A stretch of 64,000 nt of DNA from a bacterium (GCA_021813125.1 JAKALT010000004.1:7941-71940); one strand, 5' to 3'. Numbered from the stretch's first letter, positions 53,912 through 63,780 are shown. Notes: generated by a model from the letters alone, not told the origin. Program-made: numbers and translations.

Positions 53912-56350
53912 ATGAAATTGGCAATCGGGGCAAAGTTTCTTGTTGGAATTTTTGCAATATTTACCCTACTTTCATTAGTTTTATTCTGGCCGATATTTTT
54001 GGGAAAAGTTAATTTAAACGGCAATTTACTGGTTTCGTTTTACCCGTTTTTCGGCCAAAATCTGCCTTATAAAAATATAATAGGTTTAGATCAACTGAGG
54101 TTATATTTTCCGAATTATCCTTTAATTTTTGACCAGTTGAGGCATTTTGAAATTCCTTTGTGGAATCCTTACATTTTTGCAGGAAATTTAAATTTAGCCA
54201 GTTTGCAGAGCGCTGTATTTTATCCTCTTAACGTTTTCGGGTTACTACTTCCTATCTTTTGTTTCTGGCATTTGATGAGGGTGACGCCGATCATTTTGGG
54301 TGCGTTTTTTATGTTTTTGTATCTTTCGAATTTAAAGTTTTCTAAGGCAGCTTCTTTTTTTGGATCCATAGCTTTTGGTTTTAGCCCGTTTATTTTAACT
54401 TGGGGCGAGGAGCAGGTAATAACACCGCATTCGGTTATCTGGCTGCCTCTAATTTTGCTTTGTATCGATAAACTCGGAGGTTTTAACGCGACAAATGACT
54501 CATTTTTTAGGAAACTTTGTTTTTTGGTAATTAGCCTTTCGGTTGCTTTTTCTGTCTTTGCGGGTTTTGTGCAAACCACAATTTATGTTGTGGCGGTTTG
54601 TATGCTTTATGCCATTTTTAGGTTTTGGGAAGGCGGGCAAAAAGTTAAAACCCTGGCGGTTGTTTTAGGGGCTGTCTTGGTTGGAATTCTTGTATCTGCA
54701 ATCCAGCTTGTACCAACGGCCGAACTGTATTTTTTTTCGGCCAGATCGGTTGTGGCATCGCGGGATATTTTACATAAGTTTTTGCTGCCGCCCGAATCAC
54801 TTTTGAGTTACCTGGCACCTGATTTTTTCGGCAATCCGGCAACCTGGAATTTTTTCAGAAACGGCGTTTCAACCTATTACGAGAGCATAATGTTTGTGGG
54901 CACACCGGTTTTAATATTTGCGCTTTATGAGATTTGGGAAGGCAGGCGCGAGAGGTTTTCCAAGTTTTATTTTCTTTTAGGCTTTTTTGCTTTGGTGCTA
55001 ACGTTAGATAGCCCAATTGCGAGGCTGTTTCTGCTTTTGCCGGTTCCGGTGCTTTCAACATCGATTGCCAACAGGCTGCTTTTTATAACCACATTTAGCT
55101 TGGCGGTTTTGGGATCAATGGGGATGGAAAGGTGGTTTCGGGCAAAAGACAAAAAGATTTTAAAGTATGTTTTTGTGGTTTTAATATTTTACCTTGCAAC
55201 TTTTGCTTACCTTTTGGGAGTTAGATTTTTGGGGTTTGCCTACTTTATTTCCGGGGCAATGGGCCAGAACATAACTTACAAGATAAGCGTTAGAAATTTG
55301 GTTGTTCCGTTTGCATTCTTTCTGGCTAGCTCTATATTGGTGACTTTTGCCTTTTTTGTTAAACAGGTAAGGATAAGGATTTGGGTTGGTTTGGTTTTGA
55401 CGGTTTTTTTGTATGTTCAACTTTTTCTTTTTGCTTCAAAATATTTTTCATTTACCGATGCCGGCAATGTATTTCCCTTGAATCCGGTTTTATCTTATAT
55501 TCAAAGAAATCAGGGCTATTTCCGCTCTTGGGGGATAGGCAAGGTTTACCTTGAAAATAATTTTGCAACCCAGTACCGTATATTTTCCCCGGAAGGTTAC
55601 GATTCTTTAAACATCCTTTCTTACGCTGAATTTACCCAGGCAATGCAAAACGGGGGAATGGGAGATGTCAGTTTCCGGGCAGATGCGGGTTTGGGAAGAG
55701 GCGATACGGATAAGTTGCTGGCAAATACCAACCGGAGGAAACTGATTGATTTTGTAGGAGTCAAATATGTTGTTGCCAATCAGGATGATTTTGAAATGAT
55801 GGATAAAAATAACTTCAAGAGAGTTTTTGAAAGCGGTAATTTGGGTGTTTTTGAAAATAACGAGGTTTTGCCAAGAGTGTTTTTGGCCTCAAATTACGAA
55901 GGGCCGCCGGAGGTGGATCCGACTAACAAGACGACCGATGTAATAAACGCCGAAAGAAGAAAACTGATTCCCGAAAAGCTTTTGTCTTCGGATTTTGACT
56001 TTAGAAACGTTTTGGTTTTGGAAAAACCGTCACCAGTCTCGGCCCAATATGGTCCCGGCTCTGCCGAGATAATAAGCTACCGGCCACAGGAAGTAATTGT
56101 CAAAACCGAGTCGGATGAGCCGAAGCTTTTGTTTCTTTCGGACAATTACTATCCGGGTTGGAAGGCTAAAGTTGACGGTAACGAAGTGGAAATATTACGG
56201 GCGGACTACACTTTCAGGGCGGTGCCCTTAGTGCCGGGGGTGCATACAGTAAGGTTTTATTTTGATAGTGATTCTTTTAGGCTTGGAGCAATAATTTCTT
56301 TGGCAAGTTTAATTTTTATGGGAGGATTCTTATACATTAGAAGGATTTAA
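53912..56350 (+). CDS. YfhO family membrane glycosyltransferase
   Basis: PLWNPYIFAG, FYPLN, many TMs, C-terminal LSDNYYPGWKAKVDG...RADYTFRAV...G.H.V.F. Confidence 0.88.
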   Translation: MKLAIGAKFLVGIFAIFTLLSLVLFWPIFLGKVNLNGNLLVSFYPFFGQNLPYKNIIGLDQLRLYFPNYPLIFDQLRHFEIPLWNPYIFAGNLNLASLQSAVFYPLNVFGLLLPIFCFWHLMRVTPIILGAFFMFLYLSNLKFSKAASFFGSIAFGFSPFILTWGEEQVITPHSVIWLPLILLCIDKLGGFNATNDSFFRKLCFLVISLSVAFSVFAGFVQTTIYVVAVCMLYAIFRFWEGGQKVKTLAVVLGAVLVGILVSAIQLVPTAELYFFSARSVVASRDILHKFLLPPESLLSYLAPDFFGNPATWNFFRNGVSTYYESIMFVGTPVLIFALYEIWEGRRERFSKFYFLLGFFALVLTLDSPIARLFLLLPVPVLSTSIANRLLFITTFSLAVLGSMGMERWFRAKDKKILKYVFVVLIFYLATFAYLLGVRFLGFAYFISGAMGQNITYKISVRNLVVPFAFFLASSILVTFAFFVKQVRIRIWVGLVLTVFLYVQLFLFASKYFSFTDAGNVFPLNPVLSYIQRNQGYFRSWGIGKVYLENNFATQYRIFSPEGYDSLNILSYAEFTQAMQNGGMGDVSFRADAGLGRGDTDKLLANTNRRKLIDFVGVKYVVANQDDFEMMDKNNFKRVFESGNLGVFENNEVLPRVFLASNYEGPPEVDPTNKTTDVINAERRKLIPEKLLSSDFDFRNVLVLEKPSPVSAQYGPGSAEIISYRPQEVIVKTESDEPKLLFLSDNYYPGWKAKVDGNEVEILRADYTFRAVPLVPGVHTVRFYFDSDSFRLGAIISLASLIFMGGFLYIRRI

Positions 56351-56379
56351 TAAGAAAGCTTATTATTCGAGGACTCGCT

Positions 56380-57966
56380 ATGAAAAAGATCAATTGGTTT
56401 CTGGTTCTAATTTTTCTTCTGGCATTTGTGCTTCGTGTTTACATGCTAAACACGATTCCTGCTGGTTTCCAAAGTGATGGGATCGATGTAGGTTATGTTG
56501 GGAAATTTCTTGTTTTGAACGGTCGGGATACTGCAGGCAATGTTTTGCCGCTTGCTTTCAATAAATTTGGTGATTTCCGGCCAACAGGCCTTTTTTATCT
56601 TTCAGGGCTTGTACAGTTGGTTTTAGGGTCCAGCGTTTTTGCTGTCGGACTTGTAACTGCCTTTTTTGGAGCGGCTTCGGTTTTTGTCGTATTTGCATTT
56701 GCAGGCGAGCTTTTTAAAAAGCGGCAAATCGCTTATTTTTCAAGTCTGTTTTTGGCAGTTTTGCCGTGGGATATTGTGTTATCCCGTGCAACACATGAGG
56801 CTATCGTCGGCTACTTTTTTACGATTTTGGGTTTTTACTGCCTTTTGAAGTTTACCTACGATGAAAAAAGGAAAAAGTATCTTATATATGGCGCATTGCT
56901 GCTTCTGGTTTCATACCTTTTTTACCATGGTTTAAGGACTTTAACGCCGCTTTTGCTTTTAGCATTTTGGGTGTTTTACAGAAGCCGCGATTTGGCGAAA
57001 TTAACTATTTTGTTTTTCATTTTGACTTTTTTGATAGTTATTTCCCCTTACGGCGGCGGCAGGTTAGGGCAGATTGTATTTTACAAAAGTCCCGGCGCTT
57101 CCCAAAAGTTGCAGGAGCTTCCGTACGCCGACAGCAGCGTTAAAATGGCTAGAATCTTCCACAATAAAGCAGTTGTTTACAGCCGAGATCTGGTTTCAAC
57201 CTGGGTTGAGCATTTTTCTCCGAGTTTCCTCCTGCTGAAAGGGGGTTATCCCGAAAGATACATGGTGCCGGAGGCGGGGCTTGCCTATTTCACTTTGATT
57301 TTGGTAGTAATTGCAGGTCTTGTCTATATTGCCAAAAAGCCCCGCGAAGTAGGTCTTATCGCTGCCTGGCTTTTAGTTTCCCCGGTGCAGGCGGCGTTAA
57401 CTTACGAGGATATTCCTTCTGTAACCCGCGCTTCGTTTATGATTTTTCCCCTGGTAATTTTAGGCGGAGTTGGTTTGTGGTGGATCCTTGAGCTTTTAAA
57501 AAAACCTTTATGGAGGAGAATGTTCTTGGCAATATTTTTTCTTCTGATGACTTTGGAGATTATCTATTTTATGCACCAGTATCTTGTACACCAGAAGGGT
57601 TATAAAGGTTTTTTTAGGGGGGAGGGCAATACGGAGATCAGCCGCTATATTATTGCCAACCAGAAGAATTATGATTTGATTTTGGCCCCTTTTGAGGACA
57701 ACATGCCTTTTTACTTTCTGTTTTTTGGAAACCATTTCGAAAGGAACATAAGAGTTGATATTGTCGATAGTTCTTCCGGATTTAGCTACCAAAACGTTAA
57801 ATATTTGAGGATCAGTTGCTCTTCGCAAGAAGCTTCCAAGTATTTGGGTCAAAAGGTGTTTTATATTGATGAGCCGAGCTGTGAGGAGAGACCAAATCTT
57901 AAGGAGATATACAGGGTTAAAAGAACCGATTTGACAGACGCCTGGGTAGCGAGGGCGGCAAAGTAA
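56380..57966 (+). CDS. ArnT/PMT-like (GT-C) glycosyltransferase
   Basis: AFVLRVY...PAGFQSD...GRDTAGNVLPL...FGDFRP, PWDIVLSR, HFSPSFL. Confidence 0.8.
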   Translation: MKKINWFLVLIFLLAFVLRVYMLNTIPAGFQSDGIDVGYVGKFLVLNGRDTAGNVLPLAFNKFGDFRPTGLFYLSGLVQLVLGSSVFAVGLVTAFFGAASVFVVFAFAGELFKKRQIAYFSSLFLAVLPWDIVLSRATHEAIVGYFFTILGFYCLLKFTYDEKRKKYLIYGALLLLVSYLFYHGLRTLTPLLLLAFWVFYRSRDLAKLTILFFILTFLIVISPYGGGRLGQIVFYKSPGASQKLQELPYADSSVKMARIFHNKAVVYSRDLVSTWVEHFSPSFLLLKGGYPERYMVPEAGLAYFTLILVVIAGLVYIAKKPREVGLIAAWLLVSPVQAALTYEDIPSVTRASFMIFPLVILGGVGLWWILELLKKPLWRRMFLAIFFLLMTLEIIYFMHQYLVHQKGYKGFFRGEGNTEISRYIIANQKNYDLILAPFEDNMPFYFLFFGNHFERNIRVDIVDSSSGFSYQNVKYLRISCSSQEASKYLGQKVFYIDEPSCEERPNLKEIYRVKRTDLTDAWVARAAK

Positions 57967-58701
57967 TTACTTCAGCTCAAAGTCCACTAGAAGGTTGATG
58001 GTTACATCGTTCTGGCCGGGCTGGATCTGGCTTTGTTTCATCATTAAATCTTCGCTTCCTACTGCCATCATAGGCATGGGGTAGGCGTAGTCGCCTTGTT
58101 CTTTTATCGACACCACTTTGCCAACAGATCTTCCGGAGGCCTGAGCCAACTCTTTGGCTTTGACCTTGGCATTATCAACCGCATTCTGGCGGGCCTGTGA
58201 TTTGGCGGCTTCGAGTTTGGTGTCGTCAACTGTCAGCTGAGGACCGTAAATGTTGGTTGCACCGTTTGAGGTTAAAGCCGCAGTAACCGCATCGGCATTT
58301 TTGAGATTACGGATGGTAATTTCCAGCGATGTTGAAAAAGAATTGGTGTTTGGCCTTGGCGGGATTGGGTACATCATAGGTTGGGCACCGTAGCTTTGGT
58401 TACCGGAGATATAGTTGGTTTTGATGTCTTTTTCGTCCAGTCCAAGCGTTTTGAGTTTGGAAACGACGGCGTCTACTTTTTTCTGGTTTTCGGCCCGGGC
58501 CTGATCCAGATTTTGATTATTAGACTGGATGTTGGCGGTTATTTTGGCAATCGAGGGGACTGCTTCTGCTTTTCCTTGAGCCGATACGGAAATTGTCTGG
58601 ACTGTTTTTGTTTGCCACGGTTTTACCCAAATAACCACAAGGGCGATTACCAAAACAACAATTGGCCAAAGAAGGGAAGCTGTTACTTTCGGGGGTTTCA
58701 C
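57967..58701 (-). CDS. SIMPL (DUF541) domain protein
   Basis: ISVSAQGKAEAVP, DIKT, GATNIYGP, AVDNAKVKAKELA, IQPG. Confidence 0.88.
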   Translation of the reverse strand: MKPPKVTASLLWPIVVLVIALVVIWVKPWQTKTVQTISVSAQGKAEAVPSIAKITANIQSNNQNLDQARAENQKKVDAVVSKLKTLGLDEKDIKTNYISGNQSYGAQPMMYPIPPRPNTNSFSTSLEITIRNLKNADAVTAALTSNGATNIYGPQLTVDDTKLEAAKSQARQNAVDNAKVKAKELAQASGRSVGKVVSIKEQGDYAYPMPMMAVGSEDLMMKQSQIQPGQNDVTINLLVDFELK

Positions 58702-58740
58702 ATTTTTTATTTTAGCAGATTATTGTAAAAGTTCACGTTT

Positions 58741-58956
58741 ATGTCTAAAATTTGCAACATGAGGGCTGAGAGACCTTTAAGTGTATTGTCTGCTGTTGCC
58801 GCGATTGGAATTGCTATTTTACCGGCAGATAATGCGACTGCTCGCAAAACTCCAGGCGGGGAGACGATGATTTTACGTCAGGGTGTCATGCCGCCAGAAG
58901 ATAGGCTAAAGCCAAAACTTCCGGGAAAACTAAAACTTGAGCCAAAAACCACTTAA
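58741..58956 (+). CDS. Possible small exported protein or remnant
   Basis: 71-aa ORF with a signal-like segment; no other support. Confidence 0.3.
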   Translation: MSKICNMRAERPLSVLSAVAAIGIAILPADNATARKTPGGETMILRQGVMPPEDRLKPKLPGKLKLEPKTT

Positions 58957-59038
58957 TTGAAGCAGTGATTGCTTCATGTTAAAATCACATCTGCACTTTG
59001 ACAATCCGCGATAGCTCAATGGTAGAGCGTCCCGCTGT

Positions 59039-59554
59039 GAAGATTTATTTGGTATACTCAAGTGTGTATGCCAGATAAGAGAACTTATGCTGACCGCGCC
59101 GAATATTTAAAGCGAGCAGTTACAAAGCGAAGAAGAAAGCTTAAACAACTGGTTGTCGAATACAAAGGCGGTAAGTGCATTCTTTGTGGGTATAACAAAT
59201 CAATGTGGGTTCTCGAATTACACCATGTTGATAGCAGTACTAAAGAATTTAATATGTCTGTTAGGGGTTTAACTCGTTCTTGGGAAAAAATCAAAGCAGA
59301 AGCAGACAAATGTATTCTTGTATGTGCAAATTGTCACAGGGAAGTGCATGCAGGCATTACGCAGCTCCCGAAAGAAATTTTCGGGATGAAAAATCGGGCT
59401 AATTCGGGGAAACCCTGAAACGGGTAATCCCGAGCTAAATGCACGTTCATGTAAACTGAACGTACTAAATGTGTAGAGACTATATACCCGGGGCCTAAGT
59501 CAAAAGATATGGTCATGAGATAGTCCACTCCTTTTGGTAACAAGAGGGTTTGTG
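59039..59554 (+). mobile_element. Group I intron (516 nt)
   Basis: Upstream exon ends in U and intron ends in G. IGS TTACGCAGC at 59357-59365; P/Q/R/S-like AATTCGGGGAAA, AATCCCGAGC, GTAGAGACTA, GAGATAGTCC. Confidence 0.9.
59068..59418 (+). CDS. Intron-encoded HNH endonuclease
   Basis: YKGGKCILCGY...LELHHVD...KCILVCANCHREVH. Confidence 0.88.
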   Translation: MPDKRTYADRAEYLKRAVTKRRRKLKQLVVEYKGGKCILCGYNKSMWVLELHHVDSSTKEFNMSVRGLTRSWEKIKAEADKCILVCANCHREVHAGITQLPKEIFGMKNRANSGKP

Positions 59555-59603
59555 TAACGGGAGGGTTGTAGGTTCGAGTCCTACTCGCGGAGCAAATTTT
59601 TGT

Positions 59604-60707
59604 TTAAGCCTGTTTCAAAATGCTGATATACCTTGGGGTAATATAAATATATCTGTTTTTTCCAGTCTGTTTATGTTTCATGGTGATTTTCTCTTTTTCT
59701 AAATCTGATAAATATTTACGTGCTGTCATCGGGCTTACCCTGACAGCTTTTTCAAAATCTTTCTGTGTGAAATACACATTGGAGAAAAGATAATCGACCA
59801 GTTCTGAACTATATAAATAATTAAGATTATCCCTCATTACCTGTTTTGCTGAGTTAATTGCCCTCCTTATTTTTTCAAGAATCTCACAGGTATATTTTGC
59901 CTGTTCGGTAGTAGCACGGGTGATATACAGCACCCAGTCCCTCCAATTGTTATCAGAAGTAACCGCCCTTAATTTTTGATAGTATTCATCTCGATGTTCC
60001 AGGATATAGTGACTAATGAATAGCACAGGTACGGGCAATTTACGCTGTTTCATAAGATATAAAGGCATAAGCATTCTGCCGGTACGTCCATTACCATCAC
60101 TAAACGGGTGTATTGCTTCAAATTGATAATGCAGGATAGCCATTCGGGCAAACACCTCATGAATGGGAGCAGCCTCGTTGAAGTATTTTTCAAAATTGTG
60201 CAAAAAATCTCTAAGTCTGCTCTCGCCCTCGGGTGGGGTGTAATATATTTTTTTTGTCACTGGATTACTTAGTTGTGTGCCGGATAATGTTCGAATTCCT
60301 GATTTGGTAGGTTCAATTACCTTTTGCAGAGCGACATAATCATTAGTTGTTAAAAATCCGTTGGTTGATAGTTTGCTTGCACCATCCATTAATGCATTAG
60401 TGTAGTTTAAGGCTTCCTTTTCGGCGGGACTTAGTTCCCGTTCTTCCATTATTTTTGCATAGTACACACTATCGTTAGTTGTAACGATATTTTCTACTCC
60501 TGAACTTGATACTGCCTCTGGAACGAATAGAGGTGACAGTAAATCCAGGGTGTTTGAAATACTCCGACTGCTTAAAGTAAGCATTGTCTTTAATTGCGAT
60601 ATTGCGTCGCTTGCCTCTAATGTCGCCAATAGTAGCTCTTGATCTTTTAAATCCACTTTGGGTGGAAGTAGGGGCAAATCGTTATAAGGTTTGTTTACGT
60701 CATACAT
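59604..60707 (-). CDS. Fic family protein (N-terminal inhibitory motif, C-terminal HTH)
   Basis: HPFSDGNGRTGR catalytic motif, SSGVEN inhibitory motif, PYNDLPLLPP N-terminus. Confidence 0.93.
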   Translation of the reverse strand: MYDVNKPYNDLPLLPPKVDLKDQELLLATLEASDAISQLKTMLTLSSRSISNTLDLLSPLFVPEAVSSSGVENIVTTNDSVYYAKIMEERELSPAEKEALNYTNALMDGASKLSTNGFLTTNDYVALQKVIEPTKSGIRTLSGTQLSNPVTKKIYYTPPEGESRLRDFLHNFEKYFNEAAPIHEVFARMAILHYQFEAIHPFSDGNGRTGRMLMPLYLMKQRKLPVPVLFISHYILEHRDEYYQKLRAVTSDNNWRDWVLYITRATTEQAKYTCEILEKIRRAINSAKQVMRDNLNYLYSSELVDYLFSNVYFTQKDFEKAVRVSPMTARKYLSDLEKEKITMKHKQTGKNRYIYITPRYISILKQA

Positions 60708-60822
60708 GCTAGTACTATATAAATATATGTGTATATTATAAAGTACTCAGCTCACTATGTCTAGAGAGTATAAAGTACTCGATACCCCGAGTTGGGCAAT
60801 AGAACTCTGATATACTTTTTGC

Positions 60823-61392
60823 ATGAATAACACATTTTATTTTCTAAGGCATGGAGAGACGAAAGTCGATAGAGATGTTCCTATCAGCAAGTGGGTGCTT
60901 TCGGAAAGAGGAGAAGCGCAAGCAAAACAACTTGCCCAAGAGGGCGTTTTTAAGGATGTTGACTTAATTTTTTCATCAACTGAGAAAAAAGCTTACCAAA
61001 CCGCTTTGCCAATTGCCGAAAGTTTAGGTAAAGAAGTAGCAAAGCTAGAAGAAATTGTTGAGCTTGATCGGGATAAAGGTAATTTTATGGAAGCTGAAGA
61101 ATATGAGAAGACAATTGAGGAATGCTTAAAGCATCAATCGGAATCAGTTAATAAATGGGAAACTGCTGTCCATGCTTTAGATAGGTTTTTAGATAAGATC
61201 GACGAGTTAGATAGAAAGTACGATAACAAGAAAATACTTGTGGTTGGGCATGGTTTTACTATCAATTTGTACTTTGCAAAGCTCTTGGGTGTTTTGGATA
61301 AAGTTTACGAAAGGCTAGAGACTAACGATTTTGCCGATTGGGGTATAGTGAAGAATCAGTTGGTGATGAAAGATATTACTGAGGCAGTTTAA
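60823..61392 (+). CDS. Histidine phosphatase family protein
   Basis: FLRHGET, LSERGEAQA, SSTEKKAYQTA, LVVGHG. Confidence 0.9.
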   Translation: MNNTFYFLRHGETKVDRDVPISKWVLSERGEAQAKQLAQEGVFKDVDLIFSSTEKKAYQTALPIAESLGKEVAKLEEIVELDRDKGNFMEAEEYEKTIEECLKHQSESVNKWETAVHALDRFLDKIDELDRKYDNKKILVVGHGFTINLYFAKLLGVLDKVYERLETNDFADWGIVKNQLVMKDITEAV

Positions 61393-61850
61393 GCTGTATG
61401 AGTAGTAGTTGGAATAATTGGAGTAACTTTATCTGAAGGATTGAAAGGTTGTAAAATGCCATTTCTCATTAAAACCACTGTCTTTACTCCTTGTCTTCGA
61501 ATTCGAGATACCTCGATTGGGTCAAGACCAGAAGGTAATATTCCGTTGTTAGCTTCAAGTTCATAAACTTTTCCATCAGGATAAATGGTAGAAATGACCT
61601 GTTTGTTTGGCCCGAATTTAATATCTTGGCCATTAAGTTTGCCGGAACCGGTAATTATGCGGTAAGTGGAGATTGCAACAAGTCCGGTCCAACCCAATTT
61701 CCAGCCTTGTTTTACTAACTCGTCAGGTTGCTGGCCACTATAAGGTTCTGTGTGCACTGCCACTAAGCTGTTTGTGGAGAATTGGTAGGTCAGGAAATCA
61801 ACTTTGGCTTCAATTTCCACCTCTGGGTTATTTAATGCTTCTTTTGGCAT
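61389..61850 (-). CDS. Hypothetical protein
   Basis: 153-aa ATG ORF with TATAAG-like and AT-rich sequence upstream. Confidence 0.6.
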   Translation of the reverse strand: MPKEALNNPEVEIEAKVDFLTYQFSTNSLVAVHTEPYSGQQPDELVKQGWKLGWTGLVAISTYRIITGSGKLNGQDIKFGPNKQVISTIYPDGKVYELEANNGILPSGLDPIEVSRIRRQGVKTVVLMRNGILQPFNPSDKVTPIIPTTTHTA

Positions 61851-61994
61851 CTTTGCGTTGGTAAATATATATTATCTTATAGGCTTTGTCAAGCTTGATA
61901 GAGGTTTTTCGTCAGTGATACAAACACTACGGGTTTTTTCGGATTTTTTGCCCTTCGGTAAACTCAGGATAAACTTCTGATATAATCATAAATT

Positions 61995-62438
61995 ATGAAA
62001 GACACCAAAAATAAAAAGCTCAGGGGATTTTCGGACGAAGAACGGGCTGCGATGCAGCAACGCGCCAGGGAACTTGCAGCGGAGGCCAGGTCAAACAAGA
62101 ATAAAGCTCAAGGGGAAAGTGACGTTCTTGCTGCGATTGCCGCAATGTCGGAGCCGGACCGCAGCATTGCCAAACGGTTGCATGTGATCATTAAGAAGAC
62201 TGCCCCAGACCTTTCACCGAAAACCTGGTATGGATTTCCTGCATATGCTAAAGGAGATAAGGTAGTTTGTTTTTTCCAATTCGCAGGGAAGTTCAAAACC
62301 AGGTACGCAACACTTGGCTTCAATGATATTGCCAAACTCGACGATGGGAATATGTGGCCGGTTGCATTCGCGCTGAAGAAATTGACACCTGTCGAGGAGA
62401 AAAAAATCGTTGCGCTTGTTAAAAAAGCCGTGAGCTGA
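61995..62438 (+). CDS. DUF1801/YdhG-like protein
   Basis: [45 protein letters not shown]. Confidence 0.85.
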   Translation: MKDTKNKKLRGFSDEERAAMQQRARELAAEARSNKNKAQGESDVLAAIAAMSEPDRSIAKRLHVIIKKTAPDLSPKTWYGFPAYAKGDKVVCFFQFAGKFKTRYATLGFNDIAKLDDGNMWPVAFALKKLTPVEEKKIVALVKKAVS

Positions 62439-62496
62439 GAACACAAATTTTGCCCTATAGTTTGACTGTTTAGCTTTGATTTAATATAATCATCAA

Positions 62497-62979
62497 ATGA
62501 CTGAGCAAACAGGGGGACAGAACACCCATATAACCCAAGAACCTTCATCTAGAGAAATAGTAACTCGAACTCAATTTTCCGAACGCGCCCGCGGGCTTTT
62601 GCGAGAACCTTTAAAGGGTGTATTAGCAATAGTAGGACCGGATGGCAGAATAGTCCAGACAGAGATGTGGTATGACCTTCAAGAGGATGGTACGATTTTA
62701 ATGAACACAACTAAATTTAGGCGTAAATATGCGCATTTGCAACGAAATCCATCTGTGTCTTTATTGATATCTCGAGGTAATTATCAATATGTAACTATGA
62801 ATGGGGCAGTTACCTTAAATGACAATCCTGAAATTGCTCAACAAGATATAAGGTATCTAGCTGAACGCTATCTAGGCAAAGAAGAAGCAGATAAAATTAT
62901 GCAGGATGAATTCTCAAAGGAAGAAAGAGTCAGTATTGTGCTAACACCTACAAAAATAACAGAATACTTTTCTAGCTAG
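62497..62979 (+). CDS. Pyridoxamine 5'-phosphate oxidase (PPOX-class) family protein
   Basis: LAIVGPDG...MWY...NTTKFRRKYAHLQRNPSVSL...YVTMNG...ERV. Confidence 0.8.
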   Translation: MTEQTGGQNTHITQEPSSREIVTRTQFSERARGLLREPLKGVLAIVGPDGRIVQTEMWYDLQEDGTILMNTTKFRRKYAHLQRNPSVSLLISRGNYQYVTMNGAVTLNDNPEIAQQDIRYLAERYLGKEEADKIMQDEFSKEERVSIVLTPTKITEYFSS

Positions 62980-63018
62980 GTAACATTCATGGCGGTAGAT
63001 TGGCCGCTTTGCAGTTTA

Positions 63019-63114
63019 TTAATCTTTTTCGTTGTACTCTACTTTTAAAATTAAATTAGGTTTAACACCTGCTACTGCGGGCAAGAGGTGATTTAAGACT
63101 TGTTCGGCAGTCAT
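63019..63114 (-). pseudogene. Gene fragment copy A (MTAEQVLNHLLPAVAGVKPNLILKVEYNEKD*)
   Basis: Paralogous to 63555-63674; the upstream frame is unrelated and hits a stop. Confidence 0.55.
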
Positions 63115-63197
63115 GCGGTGAGCTGAGGGTTGAGTTTGCCACAGACAGCTATCTCAATTCAAAGTCGGACGATCGAACCTTTTGATATAATCCACTT

Positions 63198-63512
63198 ATG
63201 ACTGAAATTGGTGAAACTCCACCTCCACAATCTGAACAGCCAGGGCCTCAAAGTGATAGAGAACATCGATCCTCTAGTCTAGATTACATCAAGAAAGCAC
63301 AAAACGCAGTTAGGATGAACGAAATGGCAAATCGGGAATTAAAAAGAGTTTTGCGTGATCAGGGGATGACCGAAGGAGAAATAGAAAAGGCAACAAGCCC
63401 CGTAACTCAAGAAAAACAACAACAATTTGCGGAACATGTAATAAAATCGCGAAAGAGTTTGTTAAACCGTGGATTGTTGGGGAAATTTTTTGGTTGGCTA
63501 GAGGGGGACTAA
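63198..63512 (+). CDS. Hypothetical protein
   Basis: 104-aa ORF with TATAAT 6 nt before the ATG. Confidence 0.65.
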   Translation: MTEIGETPPPQSEQPGPQSDREHRSSSLDYIKKAQNAVRMNEMANRELKRVLRDQGMTEGEIEKATSPVTQEKQQQFAEHVIKSRKSLLNRGLLGKFFGWLEGD

Positions 63513-63554
63513 GCTACTGAATAATTTTTGACTTCACTCGTGATGTGGCGCTTA

Positions 63555-63765
63555 TCATTTTCTGTATTGCTTTAGTTCCAAATCTTCTTTGTTGTAATCT
63601 ACTTTGACTGTGAGATTAGGTTTAATGCCGGCAAGTGCAGGTAAAAGGTGATTTAGGACTTGTTCGGCAGTCATCCGGAAAGTTTTGCCGCGGGCGGAGA
63701 TTTTTAGTAGACCAATGCGGCCACTTGCACTAAATTTTTCGATGAGATATAAAGACTCTTCATAG
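63555..63765 (-). pseudogene. Gene fragment copy B (..YEESLYLIEKFSASGRIGLLKISARGKTFRMTAEQVLNHLLPALAGIKPNLTVKVDYNKEDLELKQYRK*)
   Basis: Open frame with no evident start upstream of the shared block; differences from copy A are mostly third-position or conservative. Confidence 0.55.
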
Positions 63766-63780
63766 TTAGGAGGTGAAAAT

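Larger units (their letters stand above)
59005..59592 (+). tRNA. tRNA-Asn(GTT), split by an intron (exon 1 59005-59038, exon 2 59555-59592)
   Basis: Joining the exons gives TCCGCGA/TCGCGGA-G acceptor and TCCCG-CT-GT|T-AA-CGGGA anticodon arm. Confidence 0.93.

Noticed and set aside
1087-62548. Numerous short ORFs antisense to or nested in long genes
   Set aside because: They have no motifs and are fully overlapped by well-supported genes; treated as shadow ORFs.
63050-63675. Integron attC sites between accessory genes
   Set aside because: The ~60-bp repeat lacks RYYYAAC/GTTRRRY palindromic ends and varies by codon position on the minus strand, so it is coding-derived. No integrase is seen.
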